Assembly: GCA_963693365.1 (NCBI GenBank)
Contig: CAVNZM010000006.1
Coordinates: 3,720,001 to 3,784,000 of the forward strand
Origin: Amoebidium appalachense
Taxonomy: Eukaryota; Protista; Ichthyosporea
Length of the DNA: 64,000 bases
Direction of reading: 5' to 3'
Made by a program: the position numbers and the translations under genes. Shown here piece by piece: positions 63,317 through 64,000 of this stretch; position 1 is the stretch's first letter; each line of letters opens with the position of its first letter. The notes under the pieces were generated by a model. The model made no database searches and was not told the DNA's origin. It saw only the letters and a program-made list of their open reading frames with translations.

Positions 63317-64000
63317 CTGGTTTCGGCTGTGGGTCAAAGGGTGGAACACAGCAATGAGCCACCAAAAATAATTGGAAACTTTCAAGGCGTATTGAGAAAG
63401 TCCCCCCCCCCCCTCCCCCCCCCCCCCCCCCCCGACCACCCCACACTCTTCCCCTTCCGGCTTCCCCGTTACAACACCCATCGTGTGTAACAGCCCTTAG
63501 AAATCACCTCAATTACTCCAAACAACCCCCCCCCCCCCCCCCCCCCCCCCCCTCTTCCCCCCAACCCGCACATGCGGAAGTTGTATATGTGTGTGTGTGT
63601 GTGTGTCACGATTTGTGTGTGTTTCAGTGTGTGCCCACCTGTATTCATGTTGGGTGCATGCGGCTCGGTGGTTGACTTAGCCAATCCGATGTCTGCTTCG
63701 CATGTGCACATACGTGTCTCTGTTGTCTGTCGTAAACGGCTATGCTCCATTTCCTCCCCCTTCCCCCCCCCTCCCCCCCCCCCCCCCCCCCCCCCCTGTC
63801 GCTTTTTCGGGTGATTCTGTATTTCATTTATTTATGCCAAGTTAGTGAGTATTTGATTAACTATTTAATAAATATTTATTTATTTATTCTTTTTTGTTGG
63901 GAGAGGGGGAGAGGGGGGGGGAGAGGCAAAAGAGGGGGGGGGGGGGGGGGGGGGGGGATGGAGGTAACATGTTAACAGAAGTGGTGTGTTCATGACCAAT

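Overview
Eukaryotic, intron-rich genomic DNA. The gene content suggests a non-animal opisthokont or holozoan-like protist (inference). Introns are packed with (CA)n/(GT)n/(GA)n microsatellites and long poly-G/poly-C tracts, which generate most of the supplied ORFs as artefacts. I spliced these genes by hand: an intronless secreted pectinacetylesterase/Notum-family hydrolase (2121-3578, -); a 22-exon synaptojanin with Sac1, 5-phosphatase, RRM and Pro-rich tail (7619-27813, -) containing one GC-AG intron; an 11-exon 3-ketosteroid reductase HSD17B7/ERG27 (38554-46878, +) whose first intron is a U12-type AT-AC minor intron; and a 9-exon type I membrane protein joining a Ser/Thr mucin region to an extracellular hexapeptide-repeat (left-handed beta-helix) domain (49702-59836, +). 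There are also a few weaker gene models. The main non-coding finding is a dispersed repeat family whose better-preserved copies share one end abutting a poly-G/C tract and are variably truncated at the other, and which carries a covarying, pseudoknotted RNA fold. Other non-coding items are a TTAA-flanked MITE, a foldback-like inverted-arm structure and repeated tandem amplification of splice-donor regions. No database searches were possible, and homopolymer lengths may be inaccurate.
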